64,000 nucleotides of DNA from Tepidisphaera sp. (GCA_050916045.1 CP051526.1:1952001-2016000), one strand, 5' to 3'; counted from the stretch's first letter, positions 20,367 through 30,400 are shown. The notes: generated from the letters alone by a model not told the origin. Numbers and translations are program-made.

Positions 20367-21839
20367 TTGGAACGACAGAGCTCAACCTCGCTTTACACCT
20401 CCGAGTTCCGCCACGAGTTCGAAGCGGACACCGAAAGCCTGCTGCGCCGGCGTCTCCGCAGGTTCGCCCTCGCGTGGGGCATGGCGGGCCTGGTCATCTT
20501 CGCCATTCGCTGGGGCGGCGCGGTCCTCGTCGCTCAGGGCATCAACTTCCCGCTCGCCGCCGGCGCCGAAAGCTGGACGCGTTCTCAGTGGATCCTCGCC
20601 GTCCTCGCCGACGCCGTCGTGCTCGCGATGTACCTTTTCACGGGCGCGACCGTCCAGCAGTGGAAGCTCTCGCGCCGCCAGCTTTTCGAAGCGCCCGCCG
20701 TCCTGCTCATCGTCGAGATGCTCGTCCGCCTGCTCGCGTGGACGGAGGTCCGCGACACGACCCCGCTGGTGATGACGACCCTCTCGCATCTGGTGGCGTG
20801 CCTCTACCTTCCCTGGAACCTCTGGCACGCTCTGCGGCCGATGCTGGTCGTCGTCGGCCTCAACATCGTGTTCAAGCTCATGCGGCTGAACCGCATCGAA
20901 CCCGAGGACTGGCTCGCGGTCGGCCTTTCGCCGCTGGCCATCATCCCCGGCGCGATCGTCGCCTGGCTCAAGCACTCCAGGCGGATGGAACAGTTCAAAA
21001 TGTCCGCTCTCTCGCGGCGCTACGGCGAGTTCCGCCGCGAACTCCTCGACGCCCGCAAGATCCACGAGTCGATGTTCCCCAAAGCCATCACCAGCGGGCC
21101 CATCACCTTCTGGTACGAATACGAACCGATGCGCGGCATCGGTGGTGATTTCGTCTTCAGCAGCCAGGCCGAGCCCGGCGGCCCCCTCTCCGTCGTTCTC
21201 GTCGACGTCACCGGCCACGGCATCGCCGCGGCGCTCACCGTCAACCGCCTCTACGGCGAACTCGAGCGTGTCTACGCCGAAAACTCCGCGATCTGCCCCC
21301 GCGAGGTTCTCCGCCTCCTTAACCGCTACATCCACCTGACGATGGCCAAGCACTCCGTCTACGCGACCGCCATCGCGATGACGATCGATCCCAAATCCGA
21401 CACGATCGCCTACGCCAGCGCCGGCCACCCGCCCGCTTTCCTCCGCGGCGTCGACGGCACCATTCAGGAGCTCGAGTCCACCGCGTTCGTCCTGGGCGTC
21501 TGCTCGCACGAGGACTTCGATGCCGAGCTTCGCACGATCAGGTTCGCCCCCGGGGACGCGATCATCGCGTACACCGACGGCGCCAGCGAAGCCCGCGACG
21601 AGCGCGGCCGCATGCTCGGCACCACCGGCATGCGATCCATCCTCGCCGGAACCCCCGTCCACCTCTCCCAGCTCGCCGGCCGAAGCCTGGGCAGCCGCCC
21701 TCTCGACAACCTCTGCGGATCTTGGTGCCGCACGGTGCTTTCAAGCGTCGAGTCCTACCGCCACGGCCAAGCCGACGACGACACCCTCGTCGTCGAAATC
21801 ACCCGACCCCTCGCCCGCGCCGCTCAGAGGCTCACCTGA
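20367..21839 (+). CDS. Membrane-bound PP2C/SpoIIE-type serine phosphatase
   Basis: N-terminal TM helices; GGDF, DVTGHG, AGHPP, YTDG and DDDT motifs. TTG start after a GGGGGAG RBS. Confidence 0.88.
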   Translation: MERQSSTSLYTSEFRHEFEADTESLLRRRLRRFALAWGMAGLVIFAIRWGGAVLVAQGINFPLAAGAESWTRSQWILAVLADAVVLAMYLFTGATVQQWKLSRRQLFEAPAVLLIVEMLVRLLAWTEVRDTTPLVMTTLSHLVACLYLPWNLWHALRPMLVVVGLNIVFKLMRLNRIEPEDWLAVGLSPLAIIPGAIVAWLKHSRRMEQFKMSALSRRYGEFRRELLDARKIHESMFPKAITSGPITFWYEYEPMRGIGGDFVFSSQAEPGGPLSVVLVDVTGHGIAAALTVNRLYGELERVYAENSAICPREVLRLLNRYIHLTMAKHSVYATAIAMTIDPKSDTIAYASAGHPPAFLRGVDGTIQELESTAFVLGVCSHEDFDAELRTIRFAPGDAIIAYTDGASEARDERGRMLGTTGMRSILAGTPVHLSQLAGRSLGSRPLDNLCGSWCRTVLSSVESYRHGQADDDTLVVEITRPLARAAQRLT

Positions 21840-22878
21840 TCGGCGGCCGCGAGCGGTGCAGCCCCTTCTCGATCACGCCACGAAGCTTCGACCGATCGAC
21901 GTGCGTGTAAATCTCCGTCGTGCTGATGTCCTTGTGCCCAAGGAGCTCCTGCACCACGCGGAGGTCCGCCCCGCCCGCGAGCAGGTGCGTCGCGAAGCTG
22001 TGCCGAAGCTTGTGCGGATGCACGCCCGCGACCCCAGCCCGCGTCGCGTGCTTGCGGAGGATCTTCCAGATCGCGACCCGTTCCAGCGGCTTTCCGGTCT
22101 TGGAGAGGAACACAAGCCCGCCATCCTTCGCGTCCCCCTTGAGCAGCTTGGGCCGCACATCGTGGAGGTAGTCCCGCAGCGCATCGCGTGCCGCTTGGTG
22201 CATCGGCACAACCCTCTGCTTGTTGCCTTTGCCGAGCACCCGCACCGCCCCCTGCCCTTGAGCCCCCGGCAGTTCCAGGTACACGTGTTTGAGCTCAAGC
22301 GTCGCCGCTTCCGTCACCCGCAAGCCCGACGCGTACATGAGCTCGACCAGCGCCCGGTCGCGGACCCGCATCGGGTCGGTCTCCGACTCGGCTTTCCCGT
22401 CCTCGCGAGCGGCGGGGCTCGCGGCGGCGATGATCCGCGTCAGTTGCCCCGGCGAGAGCACGATGGGCACCTTCTTCCACCGCTTGGGCCGCTCGATCAG
22501 GTCCATCGGGTTGTCGAGGATCATCTGCCGCGACACCAGCCACTTGTAGTACTGCCGCACGGCGGCGATGTGACGTGCCACGCTGGTGGCTTCCATCTTC
22601 CGCTCGGCCTTGAGACGCTGAACATGGTCGGCAAGCTGCCGCGAGGTCGCTTTCGCCGGGTCGGCGACGCCGGCTTCCGCGAGATCCGCGAAGCACTGCT
22701 CGACATCCCGCTTGTAGTTGCTGATGGTGTTCGCCGACAATCCCGCTTCGACGCGAAGAAACCCGACGAACGCGTCGCGGGCTTTCGCGAAAGCGGGCGG
22801 CAGCGGGTCCTCCACGTCGCGCGGCTTGGCCGCGCGATCCGGGTCCTTGATCCCAAGAGGTTGCCGCATCCGTGGCAT
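21832..22878 (-). CDS. xerD: Tyrosine recombinase, XerD-like
   Basis: GLSANTISNYKRD, RDRALVELMYASGLRVTE, GKGNKQR, HPHKLRHSFATHLL and VQELLGH..ISTTEIYTHV motifs. Confidence 0.88.
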   Translation of the reverse strand: MPRMRQPLGIKDPDRAAKPRDVEDPLPPAFAKARDAFVGFLRVEAGLSANTISNYKRDVEQCFADLAEAGVADPAKATSRQLADHVQRLKAERKMEATSVARHIAAVRQYYKWLVSRQMILDNPMDLIERPKRWKKVPIVLSPGQLTRIIAAASPAAREDGKAESETDPMRVRDRALVELMYASGLRVTEAATLELKHVYLELPGAQGQGAVRVLGKGNKQRVVPMHQAARDALRDYLHDVRPKLLKGDAKDGGLVFLSKTGKPLERVAIWKILRKHATRAGVAGVHPHKLRHSFATHLLAGGADLRVVQELLGHKDISTTEIYTHVDRSKLRGVIEKGLHRSRPPIR

Positions 22879-22930
22879 GCTCAGAGTGTACCGCGGCGCC
22901 GGCACCCACCCCAGGCCCACACCCAGCCCG

Positions 22931-24358
22931 TCAGACCGCGCACACCTTCGCGAAATCCCGCCAGAAGGTCGCGTACGTCTTCCCCACGCACTGCGGATGC
23001 CGGATGAACACGTTCGGCCGCCGCAGAGACACCAAAGCAAGCGACATCGCGATCCGGTGATCGTCGTACGTGTCAAAGTACACCGGCGGCACCCCCGGCG
23101 AGCAATCAACGCCTCCGCGCGGCGGCGTGATCGTCATCGCACCCGAATCTCCCGCCACGGGGCTCTCCACCGACACCCCGATCTTCGCAAGCTCCGTCTT
23201 CATCGCCTCGATCCGGTCCGATTCCTTCACCCGAAGCGTCTTCAGCCCACGCAGAATCGACATTCCCTTGGCGAACGATGCCACCACCGCGAGCGTCATC
23301 GCCGCATCCGGCATGTCCGACATGTCGGCCATCAGCCCGTTGAGTTCATCCGGCCCGCGCGTCTCCATCGACGGCGGCAACCCCACCACACCCGGCTTGA
23401 CCGTCACTACCGTGCCCATCCTCGCCAGAAGGTCGGTGAACCCCGTGTCGCCCTGGAGGGACGAGGAATCAAGGCCCATGATGCGGCACCGCGCGTTCGG
23501 CTTCATCGCCGCGGCCGCCCAGAAGTACGTCGCGCCGCTCGCGTCGGGCTCGACGTCGTACGCGAAGGGCTCGATCCCCGCGCCCGACTCTCCCGGCCCC
23601 ACGCGCACCACCCGCAGGTCCCCCGCCGAACGCACCGAAGCCCCCAGCCGCTCGAGCAACCCCACGGTCATCGCGATGTACGAGGCGCTCGTCACCTCGC
23701 CCGTCAGCTTGATCGTGATCCCCGGCATCAGCCACGGCGAGATCAGAAGCAGCGCCGAGATGAACTGGCTCGACTGCGTCGTCGGAATCTCAAGCGTCCG
23801 CTCCGCCGTCCCGCACCCGGTGGGGGGGCTCACTTCCATGGGCGGGCACCCCGGCGAAGCACCCTCGTACTTCACGCGTGCGCCAAGTCGCGTCAGAATC
23901 TCGCCAAGCTCCCCGATCGGCCGCTGACGCATCCGCGCGTTGCCGTCGATCACCACGGGAATCGGCGAGAGCAAACTCGCCGCCGCCAGAAACCGCGTCG
24001 CCGTCCCCGCGTTGTTCAGGTTGAGCACCACCCGGCCCGCGCCGGCCTCCCGCGGCTTCCATCGCCCGCCTACGCCCCTCACCTTGACGGTCCCATCCGT
24101 CTGCACGTCGACCTCGGCCCCGAGCGAACGCAGCGCCTCGACCATCCGCATCGCGTCATCCGCATCCACCAGCGCCCCGCGGAGCGTCGATTCCCCGTCC
24201 GCGAGCGCCGCGAGCAGAATCGCGCGATTCGTGAGGCTTTTGCTCCCCGGCGGCGTCACCGCCGCGTCAAACGGCGCGGCACCCCGGCTTGCCGGCGGCG
24301 GCAGGGGAAGCGGATCCGGGACCTCCGCGAGCGGACGCTCAAGCACGTCCCGGTTCAC
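22931..24358 (-). CDS. aroA: 3-phosphoshikimate 1-carboxyvinyltransferase
   Basis: PGSKSLTNR, NAGTATRF, RMRQRPI, SSQFISALL, RVKESDR and DDHRIAM motifs. Confidence 0.96.
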   Translation of the reverse strand: MNRDVLERPLAEVPDPLPLPPPASRGAAPFDAAVTPPGSKSLTNRAILLAALADGESTLRGALVDADDAMRMVEALRSLGAEVDVQTDGTVKVRGVGGRWKPREAGAGRVVLNLNNAGTATRFLAAASLLSPIPVVIDGNARMRQRPIGELGEILTRLGARVKYEGASPGCPPMEVSPPTGCGTAERTLEIPTTQSSQFISALLLISPWLMPGITIKLTGEVTSASYIAMTVGLLERLGASVRSAGDLRVVRVGPGESGAGIEPFAYDVEPDASGATYFWAAAAMKPNARCRIMGLDSSSLQGDTGFTDLLARMGTVVTVKPGVVGLPPSMETRGPDELNGLMADMSDMPDAAMTLAVVASFAKGMSILRGLKTLRVKESDRIEAMKTELAKIGVSVESPVAGDSGAMTITPPRGGVDCSPGVPPVYFDTYDDHRIAMSLALVSLRRPNVFIRHPQCVGKTYATFWRDFAKVCAV

Positions 24359-24726
24359 GAGTCCTTGTCCTTGGATTTGCCCTTTTCGTCCAGCCCCTCG
24401 GTCTCGCGTCGGAACACCGCCACCACATCCTCGACCGGGACCACAAAGAGCCGATTGTCGCCCTCAAAGTCCACCGGCACGCTGTGCTTGGGGTTAAAAA
24501 GCACGCGGTCGTACTTCTTGATCGGGTAATCGTCGTTCCGCTCGACCTCGGCCGAAACCGCGACGACACGCCCGGTCAGCGTGGGGATCTCGATCTTGTC
24601 GGGCAGGTGGATGCCCGACTTGGTCTGCTTCTTGTCCTCGTCCTTGCGGATCAGGACGCGTTTGCCGACGGGCTCGATCACTTCGAGCGCCTTCGCCGAT
24701 TTGGAACCTCGAGGCTCGGTTGACAT
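24355..24726 (-). CDS. Second co-chaperonin GroES-family protein
   Basis: IEPVGKRVLI, TKSGIHLPD, GRVVAV and EDVVAV motifs. Stop overlaps the aroA start. Confidence 0.85.
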   Translation of the reverse strand: MSTEPRGSKSAKALEVIEPVGKRVLIRKDEDKKQTKSGIHLPDKIEIPTLTGRVVAVSAEVERNDDYPIKKYDRVLFNPKHSVPVDFEGDNRLFVVPVEDVVAVFRRETEGLDEKGKSKDKDS

Positions 24727-24780
24727 CGCCCCCAGTGTACGTCCCCGCACGCCCCACGGTCCCGCCCCTACGCTGGGGCG

Positions 24781-25965
24781 ATGAACGGAGCCGGAACATC
24801 TCCCGACGCGGTGGTGGTCGGAGCCGGGATCGTCGGCGCCGCCTGCGCCCTCGCCCTCTCGCGCTGCGGCTACCGCGTCACCACCGTCGACCAGGGGCCT
24901 ATCGCCTCTGGCGCGACCGCCGCCGGCATGGGCCACCTCTGCGTCCTGGACGATTCCGACGAGCAGTTCGCCCTCTCCCGCTCCAGCCAGATGCTCTGGG
25001 ACCTCCTCGCGCCCGAACTTCCCAAATCCGTCGAACGCTCCGTCTGCGGCACCCTCTGGGCCGCCGCCGACGAGGACGAAATGGGCGCCGTCTATCGCAA
25101 GGAAGCCTACTACCGCTCCCGCGGCGTCACCGCCCACGCTCTCACCTCCGCCGAGATCCAGCAACTCGAACCCAACCTCCGCTCCCCCTCCGGCAACCCG
25201 CTCGCCGGCGGCCTCCTCCTCCCCGAAGACTCCATCATCTACGCTCCGCCCGCCGCCAGGTGGATGCTCGACCAAGCCGCCGCCAACGGGGGCCGTTTCA
25301 TCGAGGGCCGTCGCGTCGTCGCGCTCGAACAGGGCGTCGTCTCCCTCGACAACGGCCGCAAGATGCCCACCGGCCTCATCGTCGTCGCGACCGGCGCGTG
25401 GGCGCCCGAGCTCTTCCCCGGCATCCCCATCCGCCCGCGCAAAGGCCACCTCGCGATCACCGACCGCATGCCCGGCTTCCTTCGCCACCAGGTCGTCGAG
25501 CTCGCGTACATCAAAAACGCCCACGGCCATTCCGACGAATCCGTCTCCTTCAACGTCCAGCCGCGGCCAAACGGCCAGATCCTCATCGGCTCCTCGCGCC
25601 AGTACACCGCGACCGACGCTTCCGTCGAACCGCGCATGCTCGCCGCCGTCCTCGACAAAGCCTGCTCGTACATGCCCGGCCTGCTCGACGTCAAGATCCT
25701 CCGCGCCTGGTGCGGCTTCCGCGCCGCCTCTCCCGACAGCCTCCCCATCATCGGCCCGCACCCCGCGATCCCCGGCCTCTTCATCGCCACCGGCCACGAG
25801 GGCCTGGGCCTCACCACAAGCCTCGGCACCGCCGCTCTCCTCGCTTCCGCCGTCACCGGCGAACCGCCCCCTTTCCCCGCCGAGCCCTACCTTCCCTCTC
25901 GGTTTGCCCCACGCGAATCCGCGCCCCGCGACGGCGATGCGCTCACACACTCCCATGACCACTGA
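24781..25965 (+). CDS. FAD-dependent D-amino acid oxidase family protein (D-hydroxyproline dehydrogenase beta subunit-like)
   Basis: GAGIVG, GATAAGMGH, PRKGHL, GFR...D.LP.IG and GHEGLG motifs; cluster context. Confidence 0.85.
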   Translation: MNGAGTSPDAVVVGAGIVGAACALALSRCGYRVTTVDQGPIASGATAAGMGHLCVLDDSDEQFALSRSSQMLWDLLAPELPKSVERSVCGTLWAAADEDEMGAVYRKEAYYRSRGVTAHALTSAEIQQLEPNLRSPSGNPLAGGLLLPEDSIIYAPPAARWMLDQAAANGGRFIEGRRVVALEQGVVSLDNGRKMPTGLIVVATGAWAPELFPGIPIRPRKGHLAITDRMPGFLRHQVVELAYIKNAHGHSDESVSFNVQPRPNGQILIGSSRQYTATDASVEPRMLAAVLDKACSYMPGLLDVKILRAWCGFRAASPDSLPIIGPHPAIPGLFIATGHEGLGLTTSLGTAALLASAVTGEPPPFPAEPYLPSRFAPRESAPRDGDALTHSHDH

Positions 25966-26257
25966 AAGCGACGATTCCACGCTCATTGAGATCGCCATCG
26001 ACGGCGTCATCCGACGCGTCGCGCCCGAAACCACCGTCGCCGCCGCTCTCCTCAACGCCGGCGGTTGGTCGCTCCGCCAAAGCGTCTCCGGCGAGCCCCG
26101 CGGCCCCCTCTGCGGCATGGGAACCTGCTACGAGTGCCGCGTCACCATCAACGGCATCCCGCACGAACGCTCGTGCCTCATCCGCTGCCGCCCCGGCATG
26201 GTCATCCGCACCGACTTCATGCCGCCCCTCGCCGCCGCGTCGGAGCCCACCGCGTGA
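25955..26257 (+). CDS. 2Fe-2S subunit (gamma subunit-like) of the dehydrogenase
   Basis: TVAAALL, SGEPRGPLCGMGTCYECRV and a further Cys. Confidence 0.88.
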   Translation: MTTESDDSTLIEIAIDGVIRRVAPETTVAAALLNAGGWSLRQSVSGEPRGPLCGMGTCYECRVTINGIPHERSCLIRCRPGMVIRTDFMPPLAAASEPTA

Positions 26258-27597
26258 CCGTCGAACGCGCGGATATCGCGATCATCGGCGCCGGCCCCGC
26301 AGGCATCGCGGCCGCGATCAGCGCCGCTTCCGGGGGCAAATCCGTCCTCGTGCTCGACGAACAGCCCGACCTCGGCGGCCAGATCTGGCGTGGCTCCCCG
26401 TCCGGCCCGGCCCGCGCGTGGAGAGACCGCTTCCTCGCCTCCGGCGCCCGCCACCTCCCCGGCTCAACCGTCATCGGGATCTCAGACGGCCGCCTCCTCG
26501 TCGACGCCGACAAGCCCTTCCACGTCGAAGCCCCGCGCGTCATCCTCGCCGTCGGCGCCCGCGAGCTCTTTCTCCCCTTCCCCGGCTGGACGCTCCCCGG
26601 CGTCGCGGGAGTGGGGGGGCTTCAAGCCCTCGTGAAAGCCGGCCTCGACGTCCGCGGCAAACGCATCGTCGTCGCAGGCTCCGGCCCGCTTCTCCTCGCC
26701 GTCGCCCACGGCCTCGCCGACCACGGCGCCTCCGTGCAAGCCATCGTCGAGCAAGCCGACGGTGCCGCCGTCCGAAGCTTCGCCCTCGGCCTGTGGAAAC
26801 ACCCCGCCAAGCTCATCCAAGCGGCGTGGCTCCGCGCTTCGCTCTTCGCCGTTCCCTACTGGACCGGTGCCTGGCCCGTCCGCGCCGAGCCCGTCTCGAT
26901 GGCCGACCCCAAGCTCGGCTCGGTCATCCTCTTCGATGGACGCCAGGAACTCCGCGTCCCTTGCGACCTCCTCGCGTGCGGCTTTGGCCTGGTGCCAAAC
27001 CTCCACCTCCCCGCCATCCTCGGAGCCACAATCGAAAGCGGCGTCGTCAAGACCGACGACCTCATGCGCACCGCTCCGAGCCCCGCCGCTTCCGCCAACC
27101 ACCCCGCCCTCTGGTGCGCGGGCGAACCCACCGGCATCGGCGGCGTTGAGGTCTCCCTCCTCGAAGGCCAGGTCGCGGGCTTCGCCGCCGCAGGCGACGA
27201 GCAAGCCGCTCGCAAGCTCCTCCCCAAGCTCAAGCGCGCCCACGCGTTCGCAGCAAGCCTCGCCGAGACCTTCGAGCCTCGCGCCGAGGTCCGCTCGCTC
27301 GTCCGCCACGAAACCATCGTCTGCCGCTGCGAAGACGTCAACTGGAGCCGGATCAAGCCCTGCACTTCCTGGCGCGACGCCAAACTCCAGACCCGCTGCG
27401 GCATGGGCCCCTGCCAAGGACGCATCTGCGGACCCGCCGTCGCCGCTCTCACCGGATGGCCCGTCGCGGACGCCCGCCCGCCGGCCGCAAGCGTCTCCGC
27501 TCGCGCCCTCCTCTCGCTTCTGTCTTCCTCACCCGCTCACCCAAGCACCCCCTCACCCCCTCCGCCTTCCCCCGAGCCTGCCCATGAACAAATCTGA
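26254..27597 (+). CDS. FAD/NAD(P)-binding oxidoreductase with BFD-like 2Fe-2S domain (alpha subunit-like)
   Basis: IIGAGPAG, GGQIWR, LPFPGWTLPGV, VCRCEDV and TRCGMGPCQGRICG motifs. Confidence 0.88.
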   Translation: MTVERADIAIIGAGPAGIAAAISAASGGKSVLVLDEQPDLGGQIWRGSPSGPARAWRDRFLASGARHLPGSTVIGISDGRLLVDADKPFHVEAPRVILAVGARELFLPFPGWTLPGVAGVGGLQALVKAGLDVRGKRIVVAGSGPLLLAVAHGLADHGASVQAIVEQADGAAVRSFALGLWKHPAKLIQAAWLRASLFAVPYWTGAWPVRAEPVSMADPKLGSVILFDGRQELRVPCDLLACGFGLVPNLHLPAILGATIESGVVKTDDLMRTAPSPAASANHPALWCAGEPTGIGGVEVSLLEGQVAGFAAAGDEQAARKLLPKLKRAHAFAASLAETFEPRAEVRSLVRHETIVCRCEDVNWSRIKPCTSWRDAKLQTRCGMGPCQGRICGPAVAALTGWPVADARPPAASVSARALLSLLSSSPAHPSTPSPPPPSPEPAHEQI

Positions 27598-28492
27598 CTG
27601 GACCGGTGTCATCCCCGCCATCACCACCCCGTTCAACAGCGACCTCTCCGTCAACCACGCGTTCCTCGCCGCCCACGCTTCGCGCATGATCGACGCCGGC
27701 TGCAAGGGCATCGTCGCCAACGGCTCCCTCGGTGAAGGCGCAACCCTCTCACGCGATGAGAAATCCGCCGTCCTCAAGACCCTCGTCGCCGCCGTCGGCT
27801 CACGCGTCCCCGTCATCGCCGCCGTCTCCGCCCTCTCGACCGCCGAAGCCGTCCAGAGCGCCAAGGACGCCCAGGCCGCGGGTTGCAAGGGCCTCATGGT
27901 CCTCCCGCCGTACGTCTATCGCGGTGAGTGGCGCGAGATCCGGTTCCATTTCGCTTCCGTCATCCGTGCGACGCCCCTGTCGTGCATGCTCTACAACAAC
28001 CCCATCGCGTACGGCACCGACACCACGCCCGAGCAGGTCGCCGACCTCGCCGCCGAGCTCCCAAGCCTCCACGCCGTCAAAGAATCCTCCGCCGACGTCC
28101 GCCGCATCACGGCTCTCAAAGCCATCCTCGGCGACCGCCTCACCCTCCTCGTCGGCGTCGACGACCTCATCGTCGAGGGCATCGCCGCCGGCGCCACCGG
28201 CTGGATCGCCGGCCTCGTCAACGCATTCCCCAAGGAATCGGTCGACATCTTCAACCACGCACTCGCTGGCCGCGATAAGCAAGCTGCGTCGCTCTACAAG
28301 TGGTTCCTTCCCCTCCTCCGCATGGACGTCGTCCCCGAATTCATCCACCTCATCAAGCTCGTCCAGCAGGAAGTGGGGGAGGGAAGCGAGTTCGTCCGCC
28401 CCCCACGCCTCACCCTCACCGGCGCCAAGCGCGAAGCCGCCCTCGAGACTCTCAGGCACGCCCTCGCCACCCGCGGACAGTGGGGGAGCTAA
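27584..28492 (+). CDS. DHDPS-family protein, probable 1-pyrroline-4-hydroxy-2-carboxylate deaminase
   Basis: GSLGE in place of the DapA motif GTTGE, MLYNNP, KESS and GVDD; adjacent to the Hyp-dehydrogenase-like genes. Confidence 0.82.
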   Translation: MNKSDWTGVIPAITTPFNSDLSVNHAFLAAHASRMIDAGCKGIVANGSLGEGATLSRDEKSAVLKTLVAAVGSRVPVIAAVSALSTAEAVQSAKDAQAAGCKGLMVLPPYVYRGEWREIRFHFASVIRATPLSCMLYNNPIAYGTDTTPEQVADLAAELPSLHAVKESSADVRRITALKAILGDRLTLLVGVDDLIVEGIAAGATGWIAGLVNAFPKESVDIFNHALAGRDKQAASLYKWFLPLLRMDVVPEFIHLIKLVQQEVGEGSEFVRPPRLTLTGAKREAALETLRHALATRGQWGS

Positions 28493-28558
28493 CCCGCTCG
28501 CTTTCGCAATCCACGCCACCTCGCCTCGCAAGCGACCGTCCCCGCGGTTCCCTGCGAC

Positions 28559-28595
28559 AAAAACAAACCGGCGACGGGAGCTTCCCGTCGCCGGT
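28559..28595 (-). terminator. Rho-independent terminator after the desaturase gene
   Basis: Perfect stem accggcgacggga / tcccgtcgccggt with an A-tract on its + 5' side. Confidence 0.75.
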
Positions 28596-28634
28596 CAATG
28601 CTGTCTTGTTTCGCCTGCCGTCAGGCCCGCATCA

Positions 28635-29672
28635 TCAGGCCTTCGGAGGAATCTGAGCGTACACACGCTTGGGAACCGGGTTCAGGTCCCACACGATCCC
28701 CAACTTGCTCATCAGCCAAAGCGTGTAGTACGTGAAATCAAGCTCGTACCAGAAGAAACCCTGCCGCGCCGAGCCCGGGAAGTGGTGGTGGTTGTTGTGC
28801 CACCCCTCCCCAAACGTGATCAACGCAAGCCAGAAATTGTTCCGGCTGTCGTCCGTCGTGTTGAACCGACGGCCACCCCACACGTGGCACAGCGAGTTGA
28901 TCGTGTACGTCGCGTGATAGCAGAGCACCGTCGAGATGAAGAAGCCCCAAACCACCATCTGCCACGCCGTCGTCCCGCTGTTCGGCCAGATCGTTTCGAT
29001 CCCCCAGCCCAGCAGGAACATCGACACGCCCAGAAGCAGCGGCACCACGCTGTCATACCGGTCAATCCACCGAAGCTCCGGGAACTTGTACAGATCCGGG
29101 ATCGCCTTCGTGTTCGTCGCCGCGTTCTCCGGCTGAAGGAACCAGAACAGGTGCGCCCACCAGAACCCGTGCAATCTCGGCGAGTGCAGATCACCCTCCT
29201 GGTCGCTGTGACGGTGGTGCTCCCGGTGATGCGCCGCCCACCAAAGCGGGCCGCGCTGAACCGCCGAACACCCCAGCACGCCGAACATGAACTGCATGAA
29301 CCGCGACGTGCGGAACGTCCGGTGGCTGAAGTACCGGTGGTAGAACCCCGTGATCGCGAACATCCGCACCGCGTAGAGCGCCGCCGCCACGGCCACCGCC
29401 GGCCATGACCAGCCCACCCAGATCACCGCGAAGCACGCGACGTGAATCAACGCGAACGGGATGACCCGGATCGCCCGAACCAGCACGCTCGCGTTCCGGA
29501 CCTCTTCCGCTGTCTGAGACGAATCAAGCCAGAAGCCAAGCACCCGACGAAACAGCCCAAGCTTCTTCAGTTCCACCGTTTCCGAACCCGCCCCGGTGCC
29601 CGGAGTCTTCTCCGGCAAGGGCTTCATTTCCATCAGTTCCGATCCAGTGCCGATCGATGGCGTCGCCGTCAT
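28635..29672 (-). CDS. Delta-9 acyl-CoA/acyl-lipid desaturase
   Basis: His boxes HRYFSH, HREHH and HNNHH; NSLCH and GEGWH motifs. Confidence 0.93.
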   Translation of the reverse strand: MTATPSIGTGSELMEMKPLPEKTPGTGAGSETVELKKLGLFRRVLGFWLDSSQTAEEVRNASVLVRAIRVIPFALIHVACFAVIWVGWSWPAVAVAAALYAVRMFAITGFYHRYFSHRTFRTSRFMQFMFGVLGCSAVQRGPLWWAAHHREHHRHSDQEGDLHSPRLHGFWWAHLFWFLQPENAATNTKAIPDLYKFPELRWIDRYDSVVPLLLGVSMFLLGWGIETIWPNSGTTAWQMVVWGFFISTVLCYHATYTINSLCHVWGGRRFNTTDDSRNNFWLALITFGEGWHNNHHHFPGSARQGFFWYELDFTYYTLWLMSKLGIVWDLNPVPKRVYAQIPPKA

Positions 29673-29908
29673 GTCTTTCCTTCTCGGCCCGCATCCTCAC
29701 GCTCAGCGATGCGTAGCCCTCTGCTTAAAGTTCTCGTACAGATCACCGTCTCAAGGGTACCACACCCGAGCCCGTTCCGCTCACTTCTCTCGACTTGTTC
29801 GGTATCTTTCCTTCAACATTCATCCGCCCCATCCCGTCTCAAGCCGCGGCTTCTGCGACTCATTCTCGACCACACCCGCGAAACGTTCCCTTCACGACCG
29901 ATCGCACC

Positions 29909-30400
29909 ATGAACCCAGCACTCTCCATCCACGAAGCTCAATCGCCCGAGGACCTCGCGCTCGCCGCGTCACTCTTCCGCGAATACGCCCGTTCACTGCC
30001 TTTCCCGCTCGATTATCAAGGGTTCGAAGAGGAACTTTCCTCACTCCCCGGCAAGTACGCACCCCCGAAAGGCGTGATCCTGATCGCCCGTCAAGGTGGA
30101 GAGCCCGTCGGCTGCATCGCCATGCGACCCCTCGCCTCCATGCCCGGCGATCCCGAGCCCGTTTGCGAGATGAAACGCATGTACGTCCGCCCCTCCGCCC
30201 GCGGCCTCAAACTCGGCCGATTGCTCGCCGATTCGCTCCTCGATCACGCCCGCCGCGCCGGCTACGCGATGATGAAGCTCGACACCGAAAGCGACTTCAT
30301 CCCCGCTGTTACGCTCTACAGGTCCCTCGGGTTCGCCGAGTGCCCCGACTACAACGGTGACCCCATGCCCAACACCCTCTGGATGAGCAAACGCCTCTGA
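29909..30400 (+). CDS. GNAT N-acetyltransferase
   Basis: CEMKRMYVRP.ARGLKLGR, LDT and LYRSLGF motifs. Confidence 0.9.
   Translation: MNPALSIHEAQSPEDLALAASLFREYARSLPFPLDYQGFEEELSSLPGKYAPPKGVILIARQGGEPVGCIAMRPLASMPGDPEPVCEMKRMYVRPSARGLKLGRLLADSLLDHARRAGYAMMKLDTESDFIPAVTLYRSLGFAECPDYNGDPMPNTLWMSKRL

Noticed and set aside
21832..22878. Tyrosine recombinase as a phage or integron integrase
   Set aside because: It has XerD-type motifs, sits in a housekeeping operon, has no IntI-specific insertion that I can see and has no phage genes nearby.
22718..24529. 603-aa + strand ORF
   Set aside because: Antisense to aroA; low-complexity translation.
24727..26118. Apparent 587-aa N-terminally extended GroES
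   Set aside because: The extension is antisense to the FAD oxidoreductase gene; only the part from the ATG at 24726 is GroES-like.
24781..27597. HCN synthase (hcnABC) or opine oxidase assignment
   Set aside because: The architecture is homologous, but the linked GSLGE-type DHDPS-family gene favours hydroxyproline catabolism.
27584..28492. dapA
   Set aside because: The GTTGE motif is replaced by GSLGE and the gene context is catabolic.
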